This document shows, one piece after another, positions 1 to 11,475 of a stretch of 64,000 bases of DNA. Each line of letters opens with the position of its first letter. Position 1 is the stretch's first letter. The notes under the pieces were generated by a model. It saw only the letters and a list, made by a program, of their open reading frames with translations, was not told the origin of the DNA and ran no database searches. A program made the translations under genes and the position numbers. The stretch lies in NCBI RefSeq assembly GCF_009914755.1, contig NC_060932.1; one strand, given 5' to 3'. The DNA comes from the human T2T-CHM13v2.0 reference genome, Homo sapiens.

Positions 1-133
1 CTGTCTTTTTGTTTGTCTGTGCCCTGCCCCCAGAGGTGGAGCCTACAGAGGCAGGCAGGCCTCCTTGAGCTGTGGTGGGCTCCACCCAGTTCGAGCTTCC
101 CGGCTGCTTTGTTTACCTAAGCAAGCCTGGGCA

Positions 134-349
134 ATGGCGGGCGCCCCTCCCCCAGCCTCACTGCCGCCTTGCAGTTTGATCTCAGACTGCTGTGCTAGCA
201 ATCAGCGAGATTCCGTGGGCCTAGGACCCTCCGAGCCAGGTGTGGGATATAGTCTCGTGGTGCGCCGTTTTTTAAGCCGGTCTGAAAAGCGCAATATTCG
301 GGTAGGAGTGACCCGATTTTCCAGGTGCGTCCGTCACCCCTTTCTTTGA
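134..349 (+). CDS. ORF0: LINE-1 antisense ORF0, 71 aa, intact
   Basis: ATG at 134 gives MAGAPPPASLPPCSLISDCCASNQRDSVGLGPSEPGVGYSLVVRRFLSRSEKRNIRVGVTRFSRCVRHPFL*, the known ORF0 peptide. Donors CAG|GTGTGG after 239 and CAG|GTGCGT after 324. Confidence 0.9.
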   Translation: MAGAPPPASLPPCSLISDCCASNQRDSVGLGPSEPGVGYSLVVRRFLSRSEKRNIRVGVTRFSRCVRHPFL

Positions 350-563
350 CTCGGAAAGGGAACTCCCTGCCCCCTTGCGCTTCCCAGGTGAGGCAATGCC
401 TCGCCCTGCTTGGGCTCGCACACAGTGCACGCACCAACTGGCCTACGCCCACTGTCTGGCACTCCCTAGTGAGATGAACCCGGTACCTCAGATGGAAATG
501 CAGAAATCACCCGTCTTCTGCGTTGCTCACGCTGGGAGCTGTAGACCGGAGCTGTTCCTATTC

Positions 564-573
564 GGCCATCTTG
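564..573 (-). promoter_or_regulatory. L1 5' UTR YY1 site
   Basis: GGCCATCTTG, which is CAAGATGGCC on the L1 strand, at its canonical position near the 5' end. Confidence 0.85.
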
Positions 574-1599
574 GCTCCTCCGATAATACAGATTTTATAG
601 CTTGTGTGTGAAGAAAAAAATAGATGACGCATATAAAACACTAAGCACTAAACTAGCATTAACAGAATTAAGGTAATGACAGTAGGGGAGATAAGATTTG
701 AGCTTTATTTTGGGCAGATGAAAGATTTGGTGCCTGACAAGATATGGGAACAGTGGAGACAGGAAGTGAATTAAAGATGGATTCCAGTCTGGGCAATGGG
801 CAGTGACCAATTTAGGCAAGGAGGGCCAGGTTTCTGAGAAGCAGTGAAATCATTCTGGTTTACAGGTGGTGAGACAGAGATTTTGTAGCACAGTCATGTG
901 AAAGCACTCTTAGCTGCTAGAAATATGTGTAATAGGACCGAGTGCCCTCTCCCTTTTCCAATACAAACTAATAATGCTGAATTGATCTTCCTAATGCAAA
1001 GCTCACACAATGAAAAGACACTGATCACTGCCAAGCCTAAATAGCTCCAAAAATGTCAGAATGTAGAGTTAATTAAAGCAGTGAATCATTATTAAACATA
1101 TTTATCTGTATCAGAAACTATGCTAGGAAGTTATAGGTTACGGTGCCAACAACAGTCCATTATTTCATTATTTATTCCTCCCCACGGTGGACAGGGGGCA
1201 TTTTAACATAAAAAGGCATTGAAGTCATATTGGGAGAAGCAAAAAATAGTATTAAATGGGAAGTGTATTTGTCTTTTTGCTGCTGCATTCTGAAGAATTA
1301 AGATCCACTGTTTGCCTCCAGAATAGAACTGTTAGTGTGTCTTTCTTTGGCTGACTGCGGGATGCTGGCCAGATAGAGCTATGAGCCAGAAAAAGGCAAA
1401 AAGATGGAAAATGAAGAAATGCAGCAGATCCAGTGAGTAAGTACACAGTTGAGGAGGTTTCTGTATAACATGAAAGGCCACATCATGGGCACAGAACAGA
1501 ATTCTTTTGTACCTTCTTTTTAACCCTCAGAATTGTTGTAAGCAATTACCAGAAAGAAGGAATTCTTCTAGCAATAGATTGTCCTTGTGTGCCATCCTG

Positions 1600-2040
1600 A
1601 TATAGTAGAAGAGGACAGTAACACTGGGGTCTGGCACTCAGGAGTGAAGTTAGGAGTAGAATGCAGCTTTGGGGATCGTTGAAGTCAGAGATTTGGTAAA
1701 ATCACCTGGGAAGAGCATAGATTGAGAAAAGAGAGCTTGAAGGATATGCCTGAAGAAAAGATTAAGTTTTAATGTGGACTTGAATAAAAAATTCACCAAA
1801 TAAGACTGGGCAGAGTGCCTAGAGAGGCAGGGAAGAATCTGAGAAAAAGGGGTGTGAATGAGAAGAAAGAGAAAGAAAAACTTCCACTGGATTGTGTCAT
1901 TGTTCTACTTGCAGTCATCAACAAACCAATTTTAGCCTCCTGGAGATGGCAAAAACCAGATTTTAGTAGGCTGAAGTAATAAGGAATTAGTAAAGGCAGC
2001 AAGCACAGAACATTCTTTTAAGAAATATGGCTGTGAATGT
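1600..2040 (-). mobile_element. L2 fragments (degraded)
   Basis: Purine-rich L2-type motifs (gggtctggcactcaggagtg..., aaccagattttagtaggctgaag). Boundaries approximate. Confidence 0.5.
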
Positions 2041-3492
2041 ATGAAGTATTCATAGGATTATACTTAGAAGAAAACACTGACAAGAGGGCAGCAAATTGCT
2101 GACATAGAAGAGGATGAAGCATGTTTACACGTAGAGGTGTCTATTTGTAGCTAAGGATGTCAGTGGATGTTTCTAATGTTGTTTGCATGTTTGCTGTGTC
2201 TTTGACTAAAATAACAGCATGAACTCTAAATTAGGCATGCATTGTTTTGAAAAGATGCTGGTGTCAAAGCCCCAGTTGTCATCTGACAGGTCTTGTGGAA
2301 AAGTAAACAAAACAAACAAACAAAAAAGGAAGAAACACATATAGCATTGGAACTGAGCAACTGTCAAATAGGAAAGTGTAGTTTTCAGTATTCTTTATTC
2401 AACTCACACTCCTGTTTCCAGTGACATTTCTAAAGCCCCACATCCCCTTTGCTAGAACTGCACTGCCCTGATTTGCCTTTCCTTCTGCTGGGAAACCTGT
2501 TGTGATAAAGACATTTATGTTAACTCTCTTTCCTCCCTTTCTATAAATACATACCTATTCTTCTCTTTACTATATCCCTTCTTACCTTTGTGAGTGACAG
2601 TGTAACTAGCTAACTCACTTATATGGCACATCTATTATATGCCAGTTCCATAAAACTGCTAGGAGATCAAGGGAAAATAGCTCCGGTTATGTTCTCAGTT
2701 ACCAAATTTAAGTAGAGTGAAGTACATCAGAATCATCTAAGTAGATATTTCAAAATATACCTGCTTCCCAGAAATTTGATAGGCTTCCAGATATAGCTCC
2801 TTCCTCCTCCCTCTCTACCTTCGAGGAATCACAACACCAGAAACCACTGGTAGTGTTAGAAATGTTCCATGCCTATCAAGCGTGTTGTCTGCCACTGATT
2901 TCAAAAGAGTGGGATACATATAAACAAACCATTACAACACAGTAGACTAATTTAATCTCACATGTTATTCGCTAATTCTTCAAGTGGAGTTCTCTTGGGA
3001 AGGCATCAGATAAGCCACAAGGAGAACTTTCTAAACAACTCCAAAGGTCCTTAGAACTATCAGGAATGAAAAGTCACAGGAAACGGCTGGTTAAGTGGGG
3101 CCTTGGTGTTGTTTTAATTAATATATTCAAGGATATGCTACCTGGATATCTGGATTCTGAGTGATTCAACTTTTCTGAAGTAAGCAGTATGTGCTAGACC
3201 AGCTAAAATTCATTAATAAAATGAATTCTCTGTCAACAATAATAATTGCTCTCTAAGGGGAGCCAAGGACACTAAATAGTATGATAATCATGTTCTGCTG
3301 GGAGTAAACCTGTGGGCTAGAAGGAGGGGCACACAAGAGGCACATGTAATGATTCTAAAAAGAGTTAAGGAGGACTTCCTGTAGGAGGTTTTCTGTGACA
3401 ATGAGTTTTTGTAGTTCAGCAGAGGCATTAAATGCTTTAACAGAAAAGAATGGCCAAAAATTGAAATTTTGGATCACGGACAAGTTGGTAGG

Positions 3493-3884
3493 TGTCTTAG
3501 TCTTTGTTGTGTTGCTATAACAGAATATCACAAACTGAGTAACTTTAAGTGAATAGAAATTTATTTGGCTCATGATTCTAGAGTCTGAGAAACCCAAAGT
3601 CAAGGGAGCTACCTCTGAGGAGGGCCTTCTTACTGCATGATTCCATGGTTGAAGCAGGAAGGGCAAGAAAGCACATAAGAGATGGACAGAGACAGACGGA
3701 CAAAGAGGGAGTGAGAGAGTGCCAAACTCTCATTTATAACAACCCACTCCTGCAATAAAGACATTAATCCATTCACGAGGGCAGAGCTTCATGGCCTAAT
3801 TACCTCGTAACAGTCCTACCTAATACTGCCACAATGGTCATTAAATGCCAACATGGGTTTTGGAGGGGACGTTCAAACCAAAGC
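3493..3884 (-). mobile_element. ERVL-MaLR solo LTR (MSTC/MSTD-like)
   Basis: TGTCTTAGTC...GCTATAACAGAATA start and ...TTCAAACCAAAGCA end; typical MST internal motifs. Confidence 0.85.
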
Positions 3885-4864
3885 AGTAGGTGTTTTGTTC
3901 TTACAGGTCTCTGGGCCCCAGTTACACTAAGCACATCACATAGGCCCTGTCTACACTCTGCTTGGTTGGAAGGACAGATCACATCAATCAGAAAATTCCC
4001 TTAGAGAAACTGATGCTCCCTAGAGTTAGAAACATGCGTGGATGAATTTTACTATGAGGGATTTTCAGATTCTGTACTCCCCCTTTCCTATTGAATTTAC
4101 TCCAAAGGGAATGTAGAACAAAAACTAAGAATAAATCAGCCATTTTTTCTTATTGCAGCTGTGACTACTACTAAAAAGCAAAAGTCTACAAGAAATAACC
4201 TTGATTCATAATGCTATGCATACTGGGTGAATGGCTCAATAAAACACAATATTTCAGATGGATTGCTGTGCCAGGATGACATCACAGGCGGGGATGAACA
4301 GAGAGTGCTCCATACATAACAATGCGGAGCACATCGTAGAATGATGAGGACTGTTAGCAATACGTTTATTGTGTCTTAATTGATGTAAATGGCCTTTGAG
4401 ACATGTGCAATAGGAACACATTCATGAAGGAACACAAATAAAAAGCTCTGCTTTTCCCACCAGTAATGTTATTTTATCAAAAAAGAAGTAAGTCCAACTG
4501 AAGCTGAGAGTAAATAGTTTTTTTTAGAGGCATGTAGCAAACAACACAAAAATCTCAAAACAGAAGGGACAAAATAATTAACACTTCAGAATTACTTTTG
4601 ATAGGGAGCAGCAAACATCTCAATTGAATCTGCCTCACTGTTTTGCAGAACTCTACAAATTACAAAAATCAGAAATCTGTAAAACATAAAGTCTGTCTTT
4701 AGACATTTCTACTTTTGCTAATACAGATCCACTATTTTCCTCTTAAATGCTAAATTGGTCTTTTTGATTCATAAGTCATACATTGAAATGGCAGTGATCA
4801 TTGCCAAAATCAAACGGTTCCAAATAATGTCAAAATGCAGACTACATAATAGCTAACTATCTAT

Positions 4865-5050
4865 TAAACATTTTTTACTGAGCAAAGAACTGTGCTAAGG
4901 GATGATATATTATAGTGCCAGCCACTATATATTATTTCATTATTTGATCCTTATAAAAACCTCAGATGGCATTTATTATCCCCCTTTTACAGATATGAAA
5001 AAAGCAATACTGATTATTAAGCAATTGCTCAGGGTTACATAATTAGAATG
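4865..5050 (-). mobile_element. MIR SINE fragment
   Basis: attatcccccttttacagatatgaaaa core and downstream ttgctcagggttaca. Confidence 0.7.
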
Positions 5051-5672
5051 AAATAAAATTCAGAACATACACTCAAATGAAAATAAAACCAGAACATACT
5101 CTCAAACAGGGCTGTTGCCAATGTCCATGCTAGATCCCTGAATGGAATCTGGCCAGAGAAAAACATTTCAATTATTCATTAAGTCGATTGCTCAGTCTCC
5201 AGTTCTATGTTGTACTCTGAGTTTGGGGGTGGGCAAGCTGTGTGTGTAGGGCCTGGGAGTTCTGAACACATGGATCTGTTTTTTTTTTTTTAACTTTTAG
5301 TCCCATGTTGGATTCAAGGCATAAATGTGTTAGGCAATTAGTGAATAAGGAATGTTTTCAAAATTGAAACAAAAATACAAAAGTATTATACAATCAACAA
5401 TGAGGAGTCCATCATCTTCCTTTTTCTGCAGCCTTACTACCACCACAAGTCACAGAGTACTTGAAGTTATTGCCCTTCCTCCCATGTGTAGAGCTCCATT
5501 TAGACTCTTTCAACCCCATGTCTTTTTGATAAGACTAAATAACAGGAAGCCGAACCTCATCTAAGCTTGGAACACTGCTTAGATTCTGTGCCTTGACTTG
5601 AGTGACCATACCTGAGCCAGCACCTGGGCCAGTCAGCTTAGTTCGTCTGATCAAACTTCTAGAGCAGGATAC

Positions 5673-5762
5673 CATAATAACCAGCATGACTCCCCTTTTT
5701 GGCAACATTGTGTTGCTTCTCTCTTTTAGTCTTAGTGCTAGGTTTGACCTCCTTATGAAAAC
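5673..5762 (-). pseudogene. Candidate 90-nt exon of an unidentified decayed minus-strand gene or lncRNA
   Basis: Strong acceptor tttttcttctttttccAG and donor ATG|GTATCC. Length is a multiple of 3 and two frames are open. Confidence 0.4.
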
Positions 5763-5929
5763 CTGGAAAAAGAAGAAAAATATCAAGGTGCGTGTTGTAG
5801 AGCTAGGAGGACTCAGAATGACGTGAGACTCAAGGCAGTAACTTGAGCAGAAGATTGAGGGGTGTAGACACATGGATATAAGGAAGGAGTTTCAAAGAAA
5901 ATGATTGTCAGTAGGAACATAAAATGTTT

Positions 5930-6370
5930 ATTTATTTGTTGATTTAACAAATGAATGTGCCTACTTTGAATAAGGAAGTTGTATCAGGCAGGAAGAAATG
6001 AACTAGTCATGGATTCTTTCCTCCAAGAGCTGCTAATCTGTTCAGAGATATCATGCATGGGGCATAGAAAACTAAAAAAAAATAAGGCATTCAGCTAAGG
6101 CTGTCTGTACTAGTGGTGTAGGTAAAATGTTATGGACAATCAAGATCCAGTTCAAATGCAACAATTCTATGACCTGGAGGGCATCTCTCTAATATCTGAA
6201 AGATGGGTAAAAATTGGATATATGGAATTGTGATAGAATGGAAAAGAAGTTCTAGTTGGAGGAACTAATAAGAGCAAAGATGACATAATTTGGCATGTAC
6301 AGGGAAAAGCAGGTGGTTCAGTTTGGTTGGTGCAGAAGGCATGAGAGTGGGACTATTTGGAAGAAAGCCT
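5930..6370 (-). mobile_element. L2 3' region fragment
   Basis: atttatttgttgatttaacaaatgaatgtgcctact, an L2 tail-type motif, followed by a purine-rich L2 body. Confidence 0.6.
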
Positions 6371-6550
6371 GCCTCTGCTGTGCCATGTATCAGCATCCAG
6401 TACAAATGTCCTCCCTCCCTGCCACCCTCACCTCATGCTCAGCATATACACTGACTTGCTATCCTTGACTTCTCTCACTCTCAGCTTCCCAGACTGGACT
6501 TTGTTCCTGTTTATAAGTGTTTGGTAAGCCCACAGACCAATCACTTCCAC

Positions 6551-6974
6551 CTGTTTAGGGTAGTGTCTACTCCAAAGTACCATGAGAAGGTCTGCGAGGA
6601 CCTGGACAGTGGAACAGGGAGAGATGATATAAGGACCTGTGTAGAGCCTGATGCAGTGGCAGGCTCCCAGATGGGAGGTCACGTGGTAGATGAGGTCTTC
6701 ATCCAACACCCAGTTATTCACTTAGCCCGGGATGGCACAATTCTGATGGACACATCTGATGGGCTTTCACAGCTCAAAGGCTTGTCACTTTATAATGAGC
6801 ATGATAGAATCACACTACAATGGTATTTCATGCAAATGGTTGGACCCATGTGACTTGAGATCAATGACCCCATTATTTTTAAGAGCATTCTGCACTATCG
6901 GTGCTTTTGTCCTCTCTCCTATATTGTTACTGTATGTCCCACTCCGCAGCCTCCTTTTCTGCTTCCCCAAAAGA
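6551..6974 (-). pseudogene. Candidate large decayed exon of an unidentified gene
   Basis: Acceptor ctgtgttctAG at 6975-6976. ORFs 6815..7015 and 6428..6721 are in the same frame, separated by 4 stops. Donor uncertain. Confidence 0.35.
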
Positions 6975-7199
6975 CTAGAACACAGATTATTGTGATTTAA
7001 GGAACTTAATGCCACTAAGTATCTTGAAGGAACATATTTTCAACTATCAGATATTGCGAAATTTTCAGAAATATATAAAGCCCTGAAAGTCATGACCTCT
7101 AGTTTTGGGTTCCTTGATAAGAATGTAAATTAGGTATACCAGATGCCTACAGTCATCTCGTATTTGAAGGGATGTTATCCGAGATTCCAACCTTCACCC

Positions 7200-7640
7200 C
7201 AAACCAAAGTTACTAGATATACTGACCTTCTCAAAAATCCCCTTCCTGGGAAGAAATACAAAATGTCTTATAATTGATTCAAAGTTGGGGACATGCCCTC
7301 AGCCGGGCCAGTGAAAATAATTCTCAACACTTTTTTGGAGCTATTGGGAAAATCTCCCACCGGCATTACAAAACTAGTGAGATGCAAGCCTGGAGCTGTC
7401 TGTGTTCATCTTTGCCACCAAGTTAAGAAGAATCTGTTTACTTGTTTACTAAGTTAAGAAAGAAGCCAACATAAAAAGAAGTATAGCTAAGAGCTGGGAT
7501 CAGAGAAGAAAAATGAGAAAGGGAGAAAATACAACTTGGTATAATTTTAGTCCTTGAAAAGAGCCATATGTGAAAACAGCTAATTTCTGAGCTTTATCTC
7601 ATGGACTCTTTAGTTAAAATAGTCAACTTAGTTTCTTTTT
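7200..7640 (+). mobile_element. Old MaLR LTR (MLT1J/K-like)
   Basis: gcaagcctggagctg...catctttgccacc...gaagccaaca motifs; highly diverged. Confidence 0.5.
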
Positions 7641-8016
7641 TTATTACTTACATTTACATTTGCATTCATATTTATAGTTATTTTATTAGCTTAAATTAAT
7701 TTGATTTGGATTACTTATAAATGTAACAACCTTAATGCAAATAGCTAGTGGATAATTTGCATTTCTGATAGTCTCCAGATAAGATGACTTGCATCAGAGA
7801 GACTTCATGTTATGAAAAAACATGGCCACCTTGGGACATTTCTTTGCCCATACCTTGCACCTCAGACCTCTGTGACCTTAACTCCTTGAATAATAATATC
7901 TTGTACATAGTAGACTCTCATTGTTTGCTTTGTCATAGGATAATAAAGGGGTGGGCATTAGAGGTCAGTGAAATAGCACAACTTTTTAGGTTAGGATGAA
8001 CACTGTGGCTTATATT

Positions 8017-8153
8017 GTTATTTATTTAATTATTGTTTTAGAGACAGGGGTCTTGCTCTGCCCCCCAGGCTGGAGTGCAGTGGTATGATCATAGCTCACT
8101 GCAGCCTTGGACTTCTGGGCTTAAGTGGGTCTCCCCCACCAGCCTCCCAACAA
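8017..8153 (-). mobile_element. Alu monomer / truncated AluJ (FLAM-like)
   Basis: gagacagggtcttgctctg...caggctggagtgcagtgg...agcctcccaa, flanked by an 11-bp TSD tggcttatatt (8006-8016 and 8154-8164). Confidence 0.9.
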
Positions 8154-8842
8154 TGGCTTATATTCATAAGAGAAACAAATCTGTGTGCATTGAAAGACTC
8201 ATAGTATGGAATGATATAAAATAAGTAAACAATATAAAACTTGACCTTTACCAGCTCCCCTCAGTGGGAGCCATTGATTCCTGTCACCTGCAGGCTCAGC
8301 AACATTCCATTTCCCAGCTGAGCCTGACTGGGGTTGAGTGTGAAGCCTCAGCTCAACTAGCTGTCAACACTGGGAATTAGCCTTGTTTCCATCAAACCAG
8401 GTATCTGGGTAATTGGAGTAATTACGAGGCACAGGCTTGCCTACCAGATACTCGTTTAAAAAAAAAATTCCTTACCTCTCTTCTACAAATTTAGGTTCAG
8501 CTTCAGGATTCCAGATTCTCACTGGGCTTTTCATGAACTTAAGGACGCCTAGCTGCTTAGCCATGGCTGGCTTCAACTTTGGAATCAGATTCACATGCAA
8601 GCTTTACACAGGTAGTATCTTCCCTTATGCCTATGCTAGAGGCCTTGTGAATTCAGTAATTTGGATCATTTCAGGAGAAAGGGCAGGTAATACTTAGACT
8701 TTCTCTTTAATAGCCTGCACAATATTTTATCTGGATTTTCTCAGATATTAACTCCTGCCCACACCAGACACTAGTCACTATGCTCCTTTGAGCACTGAGC
8801 TGTTACACCCTTTGGCTGTCCTCAATCAGGCTCTGACTCCAG

Positions 8843-9261
8843 TGCTATGGTTTGGTTGTGGTTGGTCCCCATCAAAACTGATATGGAAATTTGATCCCAG
8901 ATTGGCAATGTTGGGAGCTGGGGCCTAGTGAAAGGTGTCTGGGTCGTGAGGGTAAATTACTCGTGAATGGTTTTCCCTCTATCAAGAATAGATTATTCTG
9001 ACTAAAAGCAGTTAGTTAAAAAGAGTCTGGCTTCCTTGGTTTCTCTCTATTGCTTCTCCTTTTGCCAACTGATTTCTTTCTTGATGCCACTCCTCTTCCA
9101 TTTTCCACCATGAGTTGAGGGAGCCTGAGGCCATCATCAGTTGAAGCTGCCCAATCTTGAACCTTCCAGCCACCAGAATCATGAGCCAAATAAACCTCTT
9201 TCCTTTTGAAATTACCCAGCCTCAGGTATGCTGTGATAGCAACACTAAATGGTCTAAGTCA
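8843..9261 (+). mobile_element. ERVL-MaLR solo LTR (MST-like)
   Basis: TGCTATGGTTTGG start; AATAAA...ATTACCCAGCCTCAGGTA...CTAAGTCA end; 5-bp TSD tccag/cccag. Confidence 0.9.
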
Positions 9262-9726
9262 CCCAGCCTGTAGCATGACCAGCCCATCTTTCCCTTCTTC
9301 CTATCATTTTGGTTTCTGAGCCACAAATGTCAGGTATCTCTGCCTGATTTATCATGGTCAGGAGGCAAAGGAGCTTACTTTTTCATATGAAATCAAACTG
9401 ATAGAATGGGGACAACTTCAAAAGCTATGCAGCAATGTTTAGTTTTTATTTTAGTGAGAAATGGGGAGCTATCACATGTTTTTGAAACATGTAGTAAAGA
9501 TAAAAGTGATGGGTTTTCCCTTAATGCAGAAGTGATAATTAATGCATTCTTTTTCACTTCCTTTTCTTAGAGACTTGTTCCTTCACCACAAAATCAGCAA
9601 GATATTTTCTTTAAGTAATACAACATCACATACACTTCACCTTAGGTGATTGGACCAGGGTAGAAACCTGACCAGAGCTGAATCTATCTGAAGAAGGAAA
9701 GCAGAGAGACTGCATCAGCTAGATGA

Positions 9727-9939
9727 ATGGTCAAGAAATTTTTTCTATATAAGGCCAGATGGTAAAAATTCTGTTTTTGTGAGCCAGTCACACTGTCACA
9801 GCTACTCTGTCACTGTAGCATACAAGAAGCTGCAAATAATACACAAGTGAATGGGAATGACTGTGTTTCAATAAAAATGTATTTAGATAACAGGTGCCAG
9901 TCACACTTTGACCTGTGGACTGTAATTTACTGAGCCCTG
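9727..9939. mobile_element. MER58A-like hAT-Charlie DNA transposon
   Basis: ttttctatataaggccagatggtaaaaatt...gactgtgtttcaataaaa...gactgtaatttactgagccctg. Confidence 0.75.
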
Positions 9940-10399
9940 AGTCACATCCTGGTGAGTGTTTGAACTGAAAGATCAAATTGGGTAAGGATGCAGCCATTTG
10001 TGGTCATGTACATGCTGATGATTAATCAAAGAAAGCCAATAGTGAGACAGAAACATGATAGAGGAGTAGACTGGTAGAGAGAGCAGAGAAGGTACATCAA
10101 AACTCTGAGAGATGGTGGGGAGAGCCTTGGGTCCCTGCATTCCTGGTCAAATCCCATGTGGTTCAGCTGTTCTTTATTTCTTAATCCTAGATATCTATGA
10201 GGATGTCTTATAGATACAGATATAGAACAAGGTTGATCAGTATAACCCTTCTTAAGTTAGTTTTAATAGTTTCCTATTTCTAATCACTCCCACAAACCTC
10301 TGATAAGACAGGAATTATGCCCGTTGGGATTCTTGGTTGCAAACAATGTCAAACCTGGTGTTTTAAGGGTACCTGGAACTTATTTTAATCAAGTTTGGT

Positions 10400-10850
10400 A
10401 AGACATGCAGGCATGGAAAAGTGACCATAAAACCAGAAGCAGGGCATGTCATAAAGTGAGGCCACATAAGGAAGCACCAGCGTCAGTCAAGGTAGAAGGA
10501 GTGAGGGGAAAACATGGACAAGAGCCTTTATTATAGTTTCCACAGGAAGGAATGGGAGAGACAGGGTAAGCACATTTAGGATTGGCTGGTTTGAACAATT
10601 CCAGTGTGCTCTGGGGCATAAGGGTTGTGCCTAGTCACCTGCTACTTAACTCTGGGGTGATTAGAGCAGTATTTACAAAAGAGATGGCTGGGGGCATGGG
10701 CTCTGGATTGATCAGTTTGCAGACACTCTTGCAGCTGAGTCTTCAGGAATTGGCTAACTTTGGGAAGTGCAGTCCATCCAAGGTCAGCGAGGCCCCAGAT
10801 ATCAGAGCATCAAGTGCAGAAACCAGAAAACATGGTTATTACACTTGGAT
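10400..10850 (-). mobile_element. Old ERV LTR fragment (LTR40/41-like; subfamily uncertain)
   Basis: agcctttatt...gggtaagcacatttaggattggctggtttgaacaatt...ggggtgattagagcag pattern typical of old ERVL-class LTRs. Confidence 0.5.
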
Positions 10851-11437
10851 AACTTAATCAAATAAAGGAATTCACTGAAAAGATATTGGGCAACTCACAG
10901 AATTGATGAAAAAAATGTAAAATTTGATTGAAAAATGAGCAGGATTTCAGAGGGAGGGTCTAGGCAACTGAAGACTCAGCTAAGATCTCACCTCTGGATA
11001 TCCTGGGTGGCACGTCACTGTTAGGCCCAGCAGTGAATCTGCTTTACTCTATCCTGGCCCTCCACCAGTGACCACTTATGGTCATGCTGCTGAACTCTGC
11101 CATGCCTGCTGCAAACTGTCCTTCACTCCCCCATGTCCTTTTGCTACTTTATCAGATTCAAATTCGTGGGTGGGGCCATACATTTACCCCGATTCTGTCA
11201 CATGTGTATTCTCTAGCTTCTAAGGGGCCAAAAAGGAGATACGGATACTCCTGTCCTTTCAGTACCTACAGTGAAAGGCAAGACTCTTTCTCCCATTATT
11301 TTGGGATTTTCTACAAACAAGGTTTTCTTATTCTGGGAGTGGGGAAAGAAAGCCAAATGTGTATGAGAGCTGTGCAGTGTGTATCGAACTATGAAGTGTG
11401 TAGAGTTTAAACAAATAGCTGGATTGAAGGGCAGAGA

Positions 11438-11438
<1 letters not shown>

Positions 11439-11472
<34 letters not shown>
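11439..11472. repeat. (TG)17 microsatellite
   Basis: Read directly from the sequence. Confidence 0.95.

Positions 11473-11475
<3 letters not shown>

Larger units (their letters stand above)
1..581 (-). mobile_element. 5' end (5' UTR) of a young primate LINE-1, L1PA2/L1HS-like; the body lies left of the window
   Basis: Reverse complement begins GGAGGAGCCAAGATGGCCGAATAGGAACAGCTCCGGTCTACAGCTCCC, the canonical L1PA 5' end. CpG-rich and near-consensus throughout. Confidence 0.97.

Noticed and set aside
5047-5105. Roughly 30-bp imperfect tandem duplication
   Set aside because: An ordinary small slippage duplication with no further structure.
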